Positions 1 to 9,807 of a DNA stretch of 64,000 nucleotides are shown piece after piece. The notes under the pieces were generated by a model that saw nothing but the letters and a program-made list of their open reading frames with translations, did not search any database and was not told where the DNA came from. Made by a program: the position numbers and the translations under genes. Origin of the DNA: Minisyncoccota bacterium (GTDB lineage: Bacteria > Patescibacteriota > Minisyncoccia > UBA6257 > XYB1-36-10). The DNA lies in NCBI GenBank assembly GCA_041651415.1, contig JBAZJH010000003.1, positions 15,309 to 79,308 of the forward strand, read 5' to 3'. How positions within the stretch are numbered: the stretch's first letter is position 1; the number at the start of each line of letters is the position of its first letter.

Positions 1-234
1 CCGCTCGATTATTTTATCGTCAACGTCAGTGATATTTTGAAGATAAAAAACTTTTATTTTCAGAGAGCGAAGATAGCGGACGAGGAGGTCGAAAGCGAGG
101 TAGGCGCGGGCGTGGCCCAAGTGCACGTCGTCATAAACCGTGGGACCGCAGACAAAAAGCTTCAAAGGGCCGCTTTTCGGAAGAGTAAGCGCCTTTTTTT
201 TTCCGGACAAAGTATCAAAGATTTTGATAGCCAT
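1..234 (-). CDS. cysS: cysteinyl-tRNA synthetase, N-terminal portion only (gene continues beyond window start)
   Basis: Manual translation of minus strand from ATG at 234: MAIKIFDTLSGKKKALTLPKSGPLKLFVCGPTVYDDVHLGHARAYLAFDLLVRYLRSLKIKVFYLQNITDVDDKIIER, class I HIGH motif (HLGH) and CysRS-like N-terminus; the plus-strand ORF 37..267 is antisense to it. Confidence 0.75.
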   Translation of the reverse strand, partial: MAIKIFDTLSGKKKALTLPKSGPLKLFVCGPTVYDDVHLGHARAYLAFDLLVRYLRSLKIKVFYLQNITDVDDKIIER

Positions 235-345
235 AACTTATTATTTACCCGAATTATAACAAGATAAAGAAAGGGGGGCAAAGCATTGCCAAAAAGAGAG
301 AAGTGTTATATTTTTTAGTTAGAACATAGAAAGGAGGTGATAAAA

Positions 346-741
346 GTGTTCGCGATAATTGAAGTGAAAAATGGGGAATTTGATGGAAGGACTATTGAGG
401 CAAGATTTTTTCTAGCCGAAGAAGCAAGAGTAAACGGCGATAATAGAGAACTGGCTGCCGTAATTGAAACGAAAAGCGGAGAAATATCTTTTCTCTCGGA
501 AAAATTAAAAGAAAGGAAGTTTTTTTTCTTTTTTCCGTTTGAAGAAAATTACGGGAGTTGCTTGTTCTTCAAGCCAGAAAATTGGGAGAACGCGGAAGGA
601 GGGTTTCAAAGAGGATGCGACAATATATCTTCTACAAATATTGTCCCCCAAAAAACACGGCTGGGAATTTTAATGGAACAAGGGAACCTGGCAGAAATGG
701 TTCTTATCAAAGGAGGAGAAAGAAGGTCTTTATTGAACTAA
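346..741 (+). CDS. hypothetical small protein
   Basis: ORF preceded by strong AGGAGG Shine-Dalgarno (331-336) with GTG start; no recognisable family. Confidence 0.3.
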   Translation: MFAIIEVKNGEFDGRTIEARFFLAEEARVNGDNRELAAVIETKSGEISFLSEKLKERKFFFFFPFEENYGSCLFFKPENWENAEGGFQRGCDNISSTNIVPQKTRLGILMEQGNLAEMVLIKGGERRSLLN

Positions 742-761
742 GTCACTTACCGGTTTAAAAA

Positions 762-792
762 GCCCCGCGGATTTCCGCAGGGCTTTTTTGTT
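762..792. terminator. bidirectional intrinsic terminator hairpin
   Basis: GCCCCGCGGATTTCCGCAGGGC hairpin flanked by A-run upstream and T-run downstream, between convergent ORFs. Confidence 0.4.
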
Positions 793-916
793 ACTCCAAC
801 GCTAAAAATTTTTTTATTTATAATAAAAATGAATAGCTTTATAGGTCGGAGTTTCGACTCCCAAAGAAGCGCTAAAAATTTAAAAAAGAAAACCCGTGAA
901 TGAACACGGGGAGTCT

Positions 917-1216
917 TTATTTTATTTTAACTTCGGTAAAATTCTGGCGATGGCCTTTCTTTTTGCGATAACGAGTCTTGGAATGATAGCGGAAAACAAT
1001 CACTTTTTTGGCGCGGCCCTGGCCTTCGATTAAAGCAGGGACGGAAACGCCTTCAAGATAGGGGCGGCCGATTTTAACCTCATCTTTATCGATAACAGCC
1101 AAGACCTTATCAAAAACAACTTCCTTTCCGGATTCCCCTTCAAGCTTCTCAATTTTTAATTTTTCTTCGGGAGAAACAAGATACTGTTTCCCGCCGGTTT
1201 CAATAATATAAAACAT
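917..1216 (-). CDS. rplU: 50S ribosomal protein L21
   Basis: MFYIIETGGKQYLV... canonical L21 N-terminus; hairpin CCCGTGAATGAACACGGG plus T-run just 3' of stop (about 885-910) acts as terminator. Confidence 0.9.
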   Translation of the reverse strand: MFYIIETGGKQYLVSPEEKLKIEKLEGESGKEVVFDKVLAVIDKDEVKIGRPYLEGVSVPALIEGQGRAKKVIVFRYHSKTRYRKKKGHRQNFTEVKIK

Positions 1217-1220
1217 AGAT

Positions 1221-1556
1221 TCAGTTGACGCTTATAATAACACCGACCTCCACTAAAATCAAGGCAGAGACAAAAAAGGACAGAAAGCCCAAAAAAAGCG
1301 AGAGAAGACGGAGACGGTTATAAAAGGCGCGGGCAAGGAAGAGATTGAGAATAGAAATAAGGAGAGAGGAAAAACAAAGGACAAGAAGAGAGGAAAAACT
1401 GCCAAAGCTCGAAATGCCGTGGCCGGAATTAAAGCGAAGAATGAGAGAAGTTCCGGAATCAAGATTAAAGAAATTACTAAAGGAAAAAAAGACTGCAACA
1501 AAAAAAAGAGCGAAACTCGCAAGAAAGGAAAAAATTATAAATTTATCTTTCCACAT
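1221..1556 (-). CDS. hypothetical membrane protein (Phe/Leu/Ser-rich)
   Basis: 111 aa hydrophobic ORF between galT and rplU on same strand; no family recognised. Confidence 0.3.
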   Translation of the reverse strand: MWKDKFIIFSFLASFALFFVAVFFSFSNFFNLDSGTSLILRFNSGHGISSFGSFSSLLVLCFSSLLISILNLFLARAFYNRLRLLSLFLGFLSFFVSALILVEVGVIISVN

Positions 1557-1557
1557 T

Positions 1558-2565
1558 TTATTTTTTCAGAAGTTTAGCGGCATCTTCGGGACTGACAACG
1601 GTTATTTCAATGCCGGAGCCGATTTCCATTCCGGCAGAAACAGAAAATTTGGGAACGATGTCAAAATGCCAATGATAGAAACCGAATTTGCTTTGATTTT
1701 TGAAGGGAGCGGAATGAAGATAAAAATTATAATCGGGATCATTCAAAGTTTTTTCCAAACGGGAAAGAGAAAATTGAAGAGCTTCAACAATAGAGCTTAA
1801 AACATCGGCAGGAGTTTCTTCAAAAGAAGAGAAGTGATTTTTAGGAAAAACGCGGACATCAAAAGGTTCTTTGGAAGCAAAGCGAGTGAAAGCGATGGCG
1901 CCTTTATTTTCAAAAATAACCCTTTTCCCCTCTTTTTGTTCAAGCTCAATAACAGAGCAATAAGCGCAATGCCTGTTATTCTTAAAAAATTTTTCGGAAC
2001 CGGAAAAAGAATGGCGGACGATTTCCGGAATAAGAGGCAGAGCCATAAGCTGATAATGCGGATGAAAAATGGAAGCGCCGGCGGAAGACCCCCAGTTATG
2101 AAAGAGAAGACCGTAGGCAGTGTTTTTATCTTGCTTATAAAATTTAAATCTTTCGGCGGCAGCCACAAGAACATTTAAGGCTTCATCTTTTTTAAGTTTT
2201 GAAAAATTGGCAGTATGGCTTTTAGTGACAATTAAATCGTGATAGCCATAGGCAGGTTGAGAAAAATAAAGAGCGCCTTCTTCGCTTATTTCATTTTTTT
2301 TAAGAGAAGGAAGAAGAGCGGGAAATTTATTTTCAAAAATTTGGGTTTTCCAATTTTTTAGGCAAGGCCAAACATAGGAAGGCGCGGGGTTGCCGGATTT
2401 TACCGGATTTTCAAAAGGACAAACGGATTTCGGAGAAGGTTGCCTTTTTTCTTTTCTTTTTTTAATCAAGTCGCCGGGCTTTTTATTCCGATTAGAAGCG
2501 ATAATCACCCAGTCGCCCGTGACAAGGTCCTGGCGAAGTTCGGGAGCGTTAGAGAAGTTATCCAT
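1558..2565 (-). CDS. galT: galactose-1-phosphate uridylyltransferase (HIT family, GalT-like)
   Basis: CPFENP zinc-binding region and HPHYQ HIT-like motif; start taken at internal Met (MDNFSNAPEL). Confidence 0.75.
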   Translation of the reverse strand: MDNFSNAPELRQDLVTGDWVIIASNRNKKPGDLIKKRKEKRQPSPKSVCPFENPVKSGNPAPSYVWPCLKNWKTQIFENKFPALLPSLKKNEISEEGALYFSQPAYGYHDLIVTKSHTANFSKLKKDEALNVLVAAAERFKFYKQDKNTAYGLLFHNWGSSAGASIFHPHYQLMALPLIPEIVRHSFSGSEKFFKNNRHCAYCSVIELEQKEGKRVIFENKGAIAFTRFASKEPFDVRVFPKNHFSSFEETPADVLSSIVEALQFSLSRLEKTLNDPDYNFYLHSAPFKNQSKFGFYHWHFDIVPKFSVSAGMEIGSGIEITVVSPEDAAKLLKK

Positions 2566-2689
2566 AATGGAAATATAATAACACAAAAAGTTGAAAGTTC
2601 GTAAAGTTTACAAAGTTAGGAAGCAAAAAAAAGATAAATTTGGTATAATAAAAAAAGCAAGAAAAAAGATTTTATAGGAGGAAGAAAAA

Positions 2690-2974
2690 ATGAAAATAAG
2701 GATAAAGAATTGCGATTGTCAGGAAACAGCGGAAAAAGCGGTGGAAAGCGGAGAATGCGAGTTTGCTTTTATCCCTTTTATGAATGAAAAAGGAGGAATG
2801 GAAACTCAAGTTTTTGGGAAAGGAAAGACAGCGCAAAAATTAAAGGAAAAGTTAGGAGAAAGAGAAAGAACAAACGGGCAAGTTTCGGATATATCTTCAT
2901 TTCTTTTCTTGGGAGTAAGTTCAAATCAAGCAGAAAATTTTATAAAGGATACATTTAGTCATTTTAGACCTTGA
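2690..2974 (+). CDS. hypothetical protein
   Basis: ORF with extended -10 TGGTATAAT about 40 nt upstream and GGAGGAAG SD; followed by hairpin terminator. Confidence 0.45.
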   Translation: MKIRIKNCDCQETAEKAVESGECEFAFIPFMNEKGGMETQVFGKGKTAQKLKEKLGERERTNGQVSDISSFLFLGVSSNQAENFIKDTFSHFRP

Positions 2975-3003
2975 CCGCTTTAAATTTAAGAGCGGTTTTT
3001 TTA
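2975..3003. terminator. bidirectional intrinsic terminator
   Basis: ACCGCTTTAAATTTAAGAGCGGT hairpin followed by T7 on plus strand and A-run on minus, between convergent genes. Confidence 0.5.
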
Positions 3004-4878
3004 TTCAACGGTTTTTTGATTCAAGCGATTGACGTAATACCAATAGAGAATTTCTTTGCCAATAGGAACGGCGTTTAAACTGCCTTCGCGGGCGTCCTCA
3101 ACTAAAATAAGAACGGCTATTTCGGGATTCTCGGCCGGAGCGTAAGCAACAAAAAAAGCATTGGTTTTTTTCTTATTTTCCACTTGAGCGCTGCCGGTTT
3201 TGGCGGCAACCTCAAAAGGCAGGTCGTTTAAGAGATTGGCGGTGCCGTAAGATTTAGAAACAGCATCTTCCATCCCCTTTTTAACCATGGAGATTTCGTC
3301 TTTTAAATAAGAAAGGTCTAAAAGAACTTTTTTGTCTTCGCTTTTTAAAAGATGCGGGACATAAGAAACACCGTCGTTTGCGATAACGGAAATATAATTC
3401 AAAAGTTCAAGCGGAGTGACGGCTAAATCACCCTGACCGATAGTGACGTTGTAAGTGTCGCCAACGCGCCAAGGTTCGCCGGTTTTTTCTTCCCTTTTTT
3501 CCGGGTCGGGAATGACGCCGACTTTTTCTCCGGGAAGATCAATGCCGGTTTTTTCCGCCAAGCCGAAAGTTTTCCACCACTTGATAAGACGAGAAACGCC
3601 AAGACCTTCAAAATCGCCGAAACCGCCGCCGACATAATAATAATAAACATTGCTGGAACGGGCCAAGGAAGAATAAAGGTCAACCCAGCCTTGAGGCTTC
3701 CAATCCAAAAAGCGGGATGGAGATTCGGGATGATAGGGATTTGGAACATCCAGATAGCCGGGAGAATAAAAAACTTTTTCCGGAGTGACGACGTTTTCAT
3801 TCAAGGCGGCAATAGCGACAAGGGGTTTAATGGTAGAGCCGGGGTTATAAACGCCGGAAACAAATCTGTTAAAAAGAGGGCGGTTTAAGGAATTCAGGAG
3901 TTTGGTTCTTGATTCGGAATTCGTCTCAGAAACGAAAATATTGCTGTCAAAATAAGGAAAAGAAAGGGCGGCAAGAATTTCTCCGTTCCTTGGGTCGAAA
4001 GCCAAACCGACACCGGAGTCGCGGCCAAGAGAGTCAAGATGAGCAAGCATGCGTTGGAAGAAAAAATTCTGAAATTCAGAATCAATGGTAAGAGTTAAAG
4101 CTTCGCCCGGAACAGGATTATTGACTTTCTTTTTTTCAATCACATCGCCTTTCGCGTCGCGGTAATCAATGATAGTTCCTTTTTGTCCGGCGAGTTTTTC
4201 ATCATAAAAAAGTTCCAAACCGATTTTTCCGATTTCGTCGCCGAAATCAAGATAGCTGTTTTTTTGAAGCTCTTCCAAATTGGCTTCGCCGGTATAACCC
4301 AAGACATGGCCGAAAGCGGAGCCGCTTAAATAATGGCGGCGATAATCATCAACAACAGAAACCGATTCAAGTTTCAAACTTTTGACAGTCAGAGCTTCGT
4401 CAAGAGAAATGTTTTTAGCGACGATAAGTTCGGCATTTTTTTCAAGGTCAAGAGAAAAAAGCTTTTCTTTTATTTTGGAAGGCTCAAAACTGCCAATGGA
4501 TTCGGAAAGCTTGAAAAGAGTTTCTTCCTGAATTTCCTGATTTTTAAAAAAAGGAACAAGATTCAAGACAACGGAAAAGGTTGGTTCGTTTTCAACCAAG
4601 GGACTGCCAAAACAGTCAAAGATGAGGCCGCGCGGCGCGGGAGTTTTTATTTCCCGATTAACATTTGCAACAGCTTTTTTTTGATAAAAACCGCCTTGAA
4701 TAACATTCAGAAAAAAAATCCGCCCAAAAACAATCAGAATCAAAACAAGAAGAAGAGAGGAAACCAGATTAAAAACGTTTCGGCCAATCGGCTTTTCCAT
4801 GGAACCAAAACGGCGATGACCGACGGTGTCAGCCACAATTTCATCAAAAGCGAAAGATTTTTCTTTTCTTTTAAACAT
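3001..4878 (-). CDS. mrdA: penicillin-binding protein 2 (peptidoglycan D,D-transpeptidase)
   Basis: STIKP (SxxK), SSN and KTGSA (KTG) motifs, N-terminal TM; last gene of mreBCD-pbp2 operon; start chosen at internal Met to limit overlap with mreD. Confidence 0.85.
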   Translation of the reverse strand: MFKRKEKSFAFDEIVADTVGHRRFGSMEKPIGRNVFNLVSSLLLVLILIVFGRIFFLNVIQGGFYQKKAVANVNREIKTPAPRGLIFDCFGSPLVENEPTFSVVLNLVPFFKNQEIQEETLFKLSESIGSFEPSKIKEKLFSLDLEKNAELIVAKNISLDEALTVKSLKLESVSVVDDYRRHYLSGSAFGHVLGYTGEANLEELQKNSYLDFGDEIGKIGLELFYDEKLAGQKGTIIDYRDAKGDVIEKKKVNNPVPGEALTLTIDSEFQNFFFQRMLAHLDSLGRDSGVGLAFDPRNGEILAALSFPYFDSNIFVSETNSESRTKLLNSLNRPLFNRFVSGVYNPGSTIKPLVAIAALNENVVTPEKVFYSPGYLDVPNPYHPESPSRFLDWKPQGWVDLYSSLARSSNVYYYYVGGGFGDFEGLGVSRLIKWWKTFGLAEKTGIDLPGEKVGVIPDPEKREEKTGEPWRVGDTYNVTIGQGDLAVTPLELLNYISVIANDGVSYVPHLLKSEDKKVLLDLSYLKDEISMVKKGMEDAVSKSYGTANLLNDLPFEVAAKTGSAQVENKKKTNAFFVAYAPAENPEIAVLILVEDAREGSLNAVPIGKEILYWYYVNRLNQKTVE

Positions 4879-5332
4879 AATTTTCAGAAAAAAACTTTTT
4901 AAGGAAAAAGAAGAAAAACCAGCCAATAATAAAATTCAGAACCGCTTCCAGAGCCACAATAAGAGGAGCGGAGAGCAAAAAAGAAGGGTTAATAAAAGAG
5001 TAAAAAATAAAAGTGGAAATGGCAAGAAAAAAAAGAAAACCGAAGGAAGACCCGAAAGAAATAAAATATCCAGAGCAATAAACAAGAAAGAGAAAAAGAG
5101 AGAAAGAAAAAAGCTCGCGAGAAAAAGACGGGAGCCAAGCCAAAGCCAGAAGAGAAAAGAAAGAAAGAAAAAAGAATTCAAGAAAACTTCTTTTTAAAGA
5201 AAGAAAAGAAATAAGAAAAATAAGAATGAGATTAGGCTTAGCGCCAAGGAAACCAAAAAGATTAAGATTCATCAAAAAAGCGGAAAGGAGAAGAAGCAGG
5301 AGAAAAAAAAGGTCAAGAAAAAAAGTTTTCAT
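4871..5332 (-). CDS. mreD: rod shape-determining protein MreD (putative)
   Basis: 153 aa polytopic hydrophobic protein positioned between mreC and PBP2 as in canonical operon. Confidence 0.5.
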   Translation of the reverse strand: MKTFFLDLFFLLLLLLSAFLMNLNLFGFLGAKPNLILIFLISFLSLKRSFLEFFFLSFFSLLALAWLPSFSRELFSFSLFLFLVYCSGYFISFGSSFGFLFFLAISTFIFYSFINPSFLLSAPLIVALEAVLNFIIGWFFFFFLKKFFSENYV

Positions 5333-5336
5333 AAAA

Positions 5337-6022
5337 TTATTTTTTAATGACGGTTACTTGCCGCAAGTCATTGAGATTGTAAGGAATTTCAACCAAGACC
5401 TCAAAGAAAGGGCTGCTTTCATCGCTTTTAATGCGGCCGACTTGGCCGATAACAAACTCGGAAGAGATAAGTTTCGGGTCGGCCGAAACGATAAGAGCGC
5501 CAACCTCTATTTTTTCTTTTTTGCTCAAAAGGACAACCTTTGGTTCGGAACCGGCCTGAAAAAGGCCGCGAGCAAGGTTTTGGCCGACATAAACCGGGAA
5601 TTCCCAGTCCGGGTCAAAAACAGTTTTAAAAACAGAGTAATGAGCCAAAGATTCAGAGATTTTACCAAGAAGAGTTTTTTCAAAAACAACAAGGTCATCG
5701 GAAGAGATTCCGTCATCTTTTCCCAAATTCAAAGTAAGAGAACTTTTGTCACTAAAAGGATAGCCGACAAAAACAGTCGCCAACTTTCCCTGGAGAGCAG
5801 TTTTAGAAGAAATAGAATCAGCTAAATCTTTTTTTAAACCATCGAGTTCCAAACGAAGAGAAAGGTTTTCTTGTTCAAGGGAAAATATCTTCTCATTTTC
5901 TTTTTCACCGAAAAGAGCGACTTTCAGTTTAAAAAAAAATTGTTGCCGGCAACCATGCTGATAAAAACAACAAAAGCGAAGATGATAACAAAAGTTTTAA
6001 AAATTTTTCCTTTTTTTTCCAT
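5337..6022 (-). CDS. mreC: rod shape-determining protein MreC, interrupted by frameshift in homopolymer
   Basis: N-terminal segment MEKKGKIFKTFVIIFAFVVFISMVAGNNFFLN stops after a T9 run (plus-strand A9 at 5931-5939); adding one T gives continuous MreC (coiled coil then beta domain DGISSDDLVV...); ATG at 6022 is 4 nt after mreB stop. Confidence 0.6.
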
Positions 6023-6026
6023 TTTT

Positions 6027-7073
6027 TTAAAGAGTGATATCTTTGGGGCGAAGAGGATTATCCAAAATATAACTTAATTTTTCATAGTTTTCAACAACAG
6101 AACCAATGCCGCGAATGGCGCAAGTCAGAGGCTCATCAACAACATAAGTCGAGATGCTGGTTTCTTTTTCTATCAATTCTCCCATACCGCGAAGAAGAGC
6201 GCTGCCGCCGGAAAGATAAATCCCCTGCTTTAACATATCGCCGACAAGCTCAGGCGGAGCCGATTCGATTATTTCGCGAACGGATTCAACGATGATTTTA
6301 ATCGGCTTTAAGATGGCAGAACGAGCATGAGTGCCGCGGACAATCACTTCGCGCGGCAAGCCGGAAGAAATATCGCGGCCGCGAACATTCATTTCCAGTT
6401 TTTCCCCGCCGGCGATAACGCCGGCGATATTTATTTTAATGTCTTCAGCGGTAGCTTCGCCGATAATAAGCTTAAATTCGTCTTTGACAAATTTAGAAAT
6501 TTCCTGATTGAGTTCATCGCCGGCAATTTTGAGACTTCTTGATATAACAATTCCACCCATAGAAATAATGGCGATTTCAGTCAGGCCGCCACCGATATCG
6601 ACGATAAGGTTGGAAGTCGGGTCTTCAATAGGAAGATTGGCGCCAAGAGCGGCGGCAATAGGCTCTTCGATGAGATGGGCATGACCGCCGCCCGCGCCGA
6701 TAACGGCATCCTCCACGGATTTTCTCTCAACTTCAGTCAAGTTGCTTGGAATACCGATAACAACTTTTTGAAAATTAAGGAGATTGGAATTATTAACCTT
6801 GCGCAAAAGAATTTTAAGCATTTCTTGAGTCATTTCAAAATCGGAAATAACGCCGCTTTTTAAGGGATGAATCACATCAATATGGAGAGGAGTGCGGCCA
6901 AGCATTTTTTTGGCTTCTTCGCCAACCGAAAGAATCTGCCCGGATTTGGAGTTGACGGCGGCGATACAAGGTTCGTTTACAACAATTCCCCTGCCTTTCG
7001 CATAAACCAAGACATTCGAAGTGCCAAGGTCAATGCCGATATCTTTGCCAAAAAATTTAAAAGGATTAAACAA
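6027..7073 (-). CDS. mreB: rod shape-determining protein MreB (actin-like)
   Basis: IGIDLGTSNVLVY, DIGGG, actin-fold phosphate motifs; TTG start. Confidence 0.9.
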   Translation of the reverse strand: MFNPFKFFGKDIGIDLGTSNVLVYAKGRGIVVNEPCIAAVNSKSGQILSVGEEAKKMLGRTPLHIDVIHPLKSGVISDFEMTQEMLKILLRKVNNSNLLNFQKVVIGIPSNLTEVERKSVEDAVIGAGGGHAHLIEEPIAAALGANLPIEDPTSNLIVDIGGGLTEIAIISMGGIVISRSLKIAGDELNQEISKFVKDEFKLIIGEATAEDIKINIAGVIAGGEKLEMNVRGRDISSGLPREVIVRGTHARSAILKPIKIIVESVREIIESAPPELVGDMLKQGIYLSGGSALLRGMGELIEKETSISTYVVDEPLTCAIRGIGSVVENYEKLSYILDNPLRPKDITL

Positions 7074-7341
7074 GAAAGTTAAAAGTTAAAAGTTTATAAA
7101 GTTGAAAAAATGGCTAATCCCGATTAAAAATAAATTTTTAACGGGACAAGTTAAGAATTTCTAATTAATGATTTAATAAAGAACCCTGGATTCTCGCATT
7201 CGCGAGAATGACAAAAGTTATCTAAACAGAGCAGGCCCTACAGGAATAGCCGTAAGCGAATTTCATAGGGCAAGCAAATTATAGTCCACGAGGGAATAAA
7301 AGTTCAAATATAAAGGGAAAAAAGAGAAAAAAGGAAAGATG

Positions 7342-8568
7342 TCAAACGGAAGCTTCTAAAAGAGAGGTGACCTCTTTAATACTTAGAAGCTCGGTTTTAT
7401 CCTCCCCTCTTTTTTTAACTTCAATTTTGTCTCCAGTTTTGGCGCTAACAACCAAACGATAAGGAAGGCCGATAAGGTCGGCATCGGCAAATTTTTCACC
7501 GGCTGTGAGGTCGCGATTATCAAAAAGAACCTCCAAACCGGAAGATTTTAATTCTTCATAAATAGAAACAGCGTCAGTTTCACCTAAAGAAAGAAGATGG
7601 GCCGGAAAAGGAGCGACGGATGCCGGCCAGATAATTCCTTTTTCGTCATGGTGAGTTTCAACAATCGTTCCCATAAGGCGACCAAGTCCGATGCCGTAGC
7701 AACCCATCAAAATTTCTTTTTCTTCTCCGTCTTCACCTTTCACCGATAAATCAAAAGCGCCGGAGAATTTATTTTTAAGCTTAAAAATATTTCCCACTTC
7801 AACAGCTTTTTCTTCGCGAAAACGAGAGTCACCACACTCTGGACAAGCGGGAGTTTCTTCTTTTATTTCTTTATTGACGGCAATGCCGCATTTCTCGCAA
7901 ATATAGATGGTGTCTTCGCCCGCTTCAGATACGGTTTGAAATTCGTGAGAATATTTGGAAAAAGAACCGCCGGAAGCGAAAGTTAAAAAAGTTAAATCGC
8001 CAAGCCCGACTTTTTCAAAAATGTTTTTGTAAGCGGAGACGGCGCGTTCATAAAAGGAATCAAGGTCGGATTCCGAAAGGTGAAAAGAATAAAGGTCTTT
8101 CATCATGAATTCGCGAGTTCGCAGAATTCCCGATTTGGAACGAAGCTCCATGCGAAATTTATTTTGAAATTGGAAAACCGATTTCGGCAGGTCGCGATAA
8201 GAATCAAGGAGCTTTTTAGCGAGAGGCGTGACGATTTCTTCGTGAGTCGGATTAAGAGCAAATTCGCGTCCGGAAGAATCGGTTACTTTATAAAGGTCAT
8301 CCATAGAATTCCAGCGTTCTGTCTTCTCCCAATTTTCTTTCGGAGCGAGAGTCGGCATAAAGATTTCCGAAGCGCCAAGATTTTCCATTTCGCAACGGAT
8401 GATGTTTTCAATTTTTTTCAGCGTTTTCAAACCGAGAGGAAGAACGGTATAGATGCCGGACATCAATTTGTCGATAAAGCCGGCGCGAATCAGAAGCTTG
8501 GCGTTAACGCTAACTTCATCGCTCGGCGCCTCTCTTAAAGTTTTAGAGAATAATTCTGTTTGAAGCAT
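7342..8568 (-). CDS. proS: prolyl-tRNA synthetase, short form lacking INS editing domain, with Cys4 zinc-ribbon insertion
   Basis: TLREAPSDEV...GIYTVLP, REFMMKDLYSFH class II motifs, C-terminal anticodon-binding domain; CEKCG...CPECG insert replaces INS. Confidence 0.85.
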   Translation of the reverse strand: MLQTELFSKTLREAPSDEVSVNAKLLIRAGFIDKLMSGIYTVLPLGLKTLKKIENIIRCEMENLGASEIFMPTLAPKENWEKTERWNSMDDLYKVTDSSGREFALNPTHEEIVTPLAKKLLDSYRDLPKSVFQFQNKFRMELRSKSGILRTREFMMKDLYSFHLSESDLDSFYERAVSAYKNIFEKVGLGDLTFLTFASGGSFSKYSHEFQTVSEAGEDTIYICEKCGIAVNKEIKEETPACPECGDSRFREEKAVEVGNIFKLKNKFSGAFDLSVKGEDGEEKEILMGCYGIGLGRLMGTIVETHHDEKGIIWPASVAPFPAHLLSLGETDAVSIYEELKSSGLEVLFDNRDLTAGEKFADADLIGLPYRLVVSAKTGDKIEVKKRGEDKTELLSIKEVTSLLEASV

Positions 8569-8620
8569 AATAGCTATAATATACTAACTTTTTTAAAGGC
8601 AGGCAAACATCAGTTAAATA

Positions 8621-9769
8621 TTAGAACAAATTGCTGACGTCGCGAATAGAGACAAGAATCATAAGAAGAATCAAAAGAGAAAAGCCGATGGCGTTAGACA
8701 AAATTTCAAATTTAGCCGGAAGAGGAGAACCTTTTATTTTTTCTATCAGAAGAAAAAGAAGGCGGCCGCCATCAAGCGCGGGAAAAGGAAGAATATTCAA
8801 AACGGCAAGATTCAAGGAAATCATACCGACCAAGTGAACGACATAAAGAAAACCGCTTTCCGCAACCACCGAGGCAATGCTGAAAATTCCCACCGGACCG
8901 ACAACGTTAAAACCGCCACCCGTGAAAAGATTTTTAAGAAGCGAGAAGAAAGAAGAAATGATGTAGGCAATGGAGGAGGCGGTGAATTTGGCGCTTTCTT
9001 TAAAACTGCCAAAAAAAGAAGATTTGGGAATGCCGGAATCAACCAAGGAAGCGCCGATGCGGCCTTCGGAAGGAGCGGCATTCGCGCGGGAGAAAACGGA
9101 AAGATTAAGAAGCTCTTCCCCTCTTTGCACTTTCAGAGAAACGGATTTTCCTTCATTCTCTGCCAAAAAAGAAATAAATTTTTCGGAACTTTCAAAATCA
9201 ACAATTTTATCGCCTTTTTCAAGACCGGAGGTCTCCGCCGGAGAAGAAGGAGAAACAGCAGCGACAATAACGGAAGACGGAGCGCCAATCATAAAAATAA
9301 AAGAAAAAAGAAACCAAGCGGAAATAATATTGAAAAGAACGCCGGCGGAAATAACAAGGGAACGCTTCCAGATTTTTTGCTTGTTGAATTCGCGGCTTTT
9401 TTTCGGAAGAGCAGGAGTTTCCGAAACGGTTATTTTTTCTTCCATAATTTCAATTCCCTTTTCCGAAATAGATTCTTTGAAAATGTCTATTTCCATTTTA
9501 GCGCCGGCGGAATTATTTTTTTCTTCAGGAATGATTTCCGCGGAAGAATTTTCGGAAGGAAGTTCGCCCGAGATTTTGACGAAGCCGCCGAAAGGAATCC
9601 AATTGACGCTATAAATCGTTTCCCCTATTTTCTTGCCGAAAAGGCGGGGCGGAAAACCGAAACCGAATTCCTCAACTTTAATGCCAAAAAACTTGGCAGA
9701 CAAAAAATGTCCCAACTCGTGGATTAAAATAATAAAGATAAGACCGAGAAAAACGGTTAGAAAAGACAT
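8621..9769 (-). CDS. rseP: RIP site-2 zinc metalloprotease RseP-like with PDZ domain
   Basis: HELGH motif in first TM, PDZ region, LDGG motif near C-terminus. Confidence 0.8.
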   Translation of the reverse strand: MSFLTVFLGLIFIILIHELGHFLSAKFFGIKVEEFGFGFPPRLFGKKIGETIYSVNWIPFGGFVKISGELPSENSSAEIIPEEKNNSAGAKMEIDIFKESISEKGIEIMEEKITVSETPALPKKSREFNKQKIWKRSLVISAGVLFNIISAWFLFSFIFMIGAPSSVIVAAVSPSSPAETSGLEKGDKIVDFESSEKFISFLAENEGKSVSLKVQRGEELLNLSVFSRANAAPSEGRIGASLVDSGIPKSSFFGSFKESAKFTASSIAYIISSFFSLLKNLFTGGGFNVVGPVGIFSIASVVAESGFLYVVHLVGMISLNLAVLNILPFPALDGGRLLFLLIEKIKGSPLPAKFEILSNAIGFSLLILLMILVSIRDVSNLF

Positions 9770-9807
9770 ATTAATAAAAAATTAATAAAAAATAAAATTT
9801 TAGAAGA

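Noticed and set aside
37-267. 76-aa plus-strand ORF at window start
   Set aside because: Antisense to a convincing cysS N-terminus (HLGH motif) on the minus strand
1345-1800. 151-aa Lys/Glu/Arg-rich plus-strand ORF
   Set aside because: Arises from purine-rich strand opposite a hydrophobic minus-strand ORF and the 3' end of galT; no independent support
8834-9727. 297-aa plus-strand ORF rich in Gly/Arg/Asn
   Set aside because: Antisense to rseP (HELGH/PDZ protein); low-complexity, no start context
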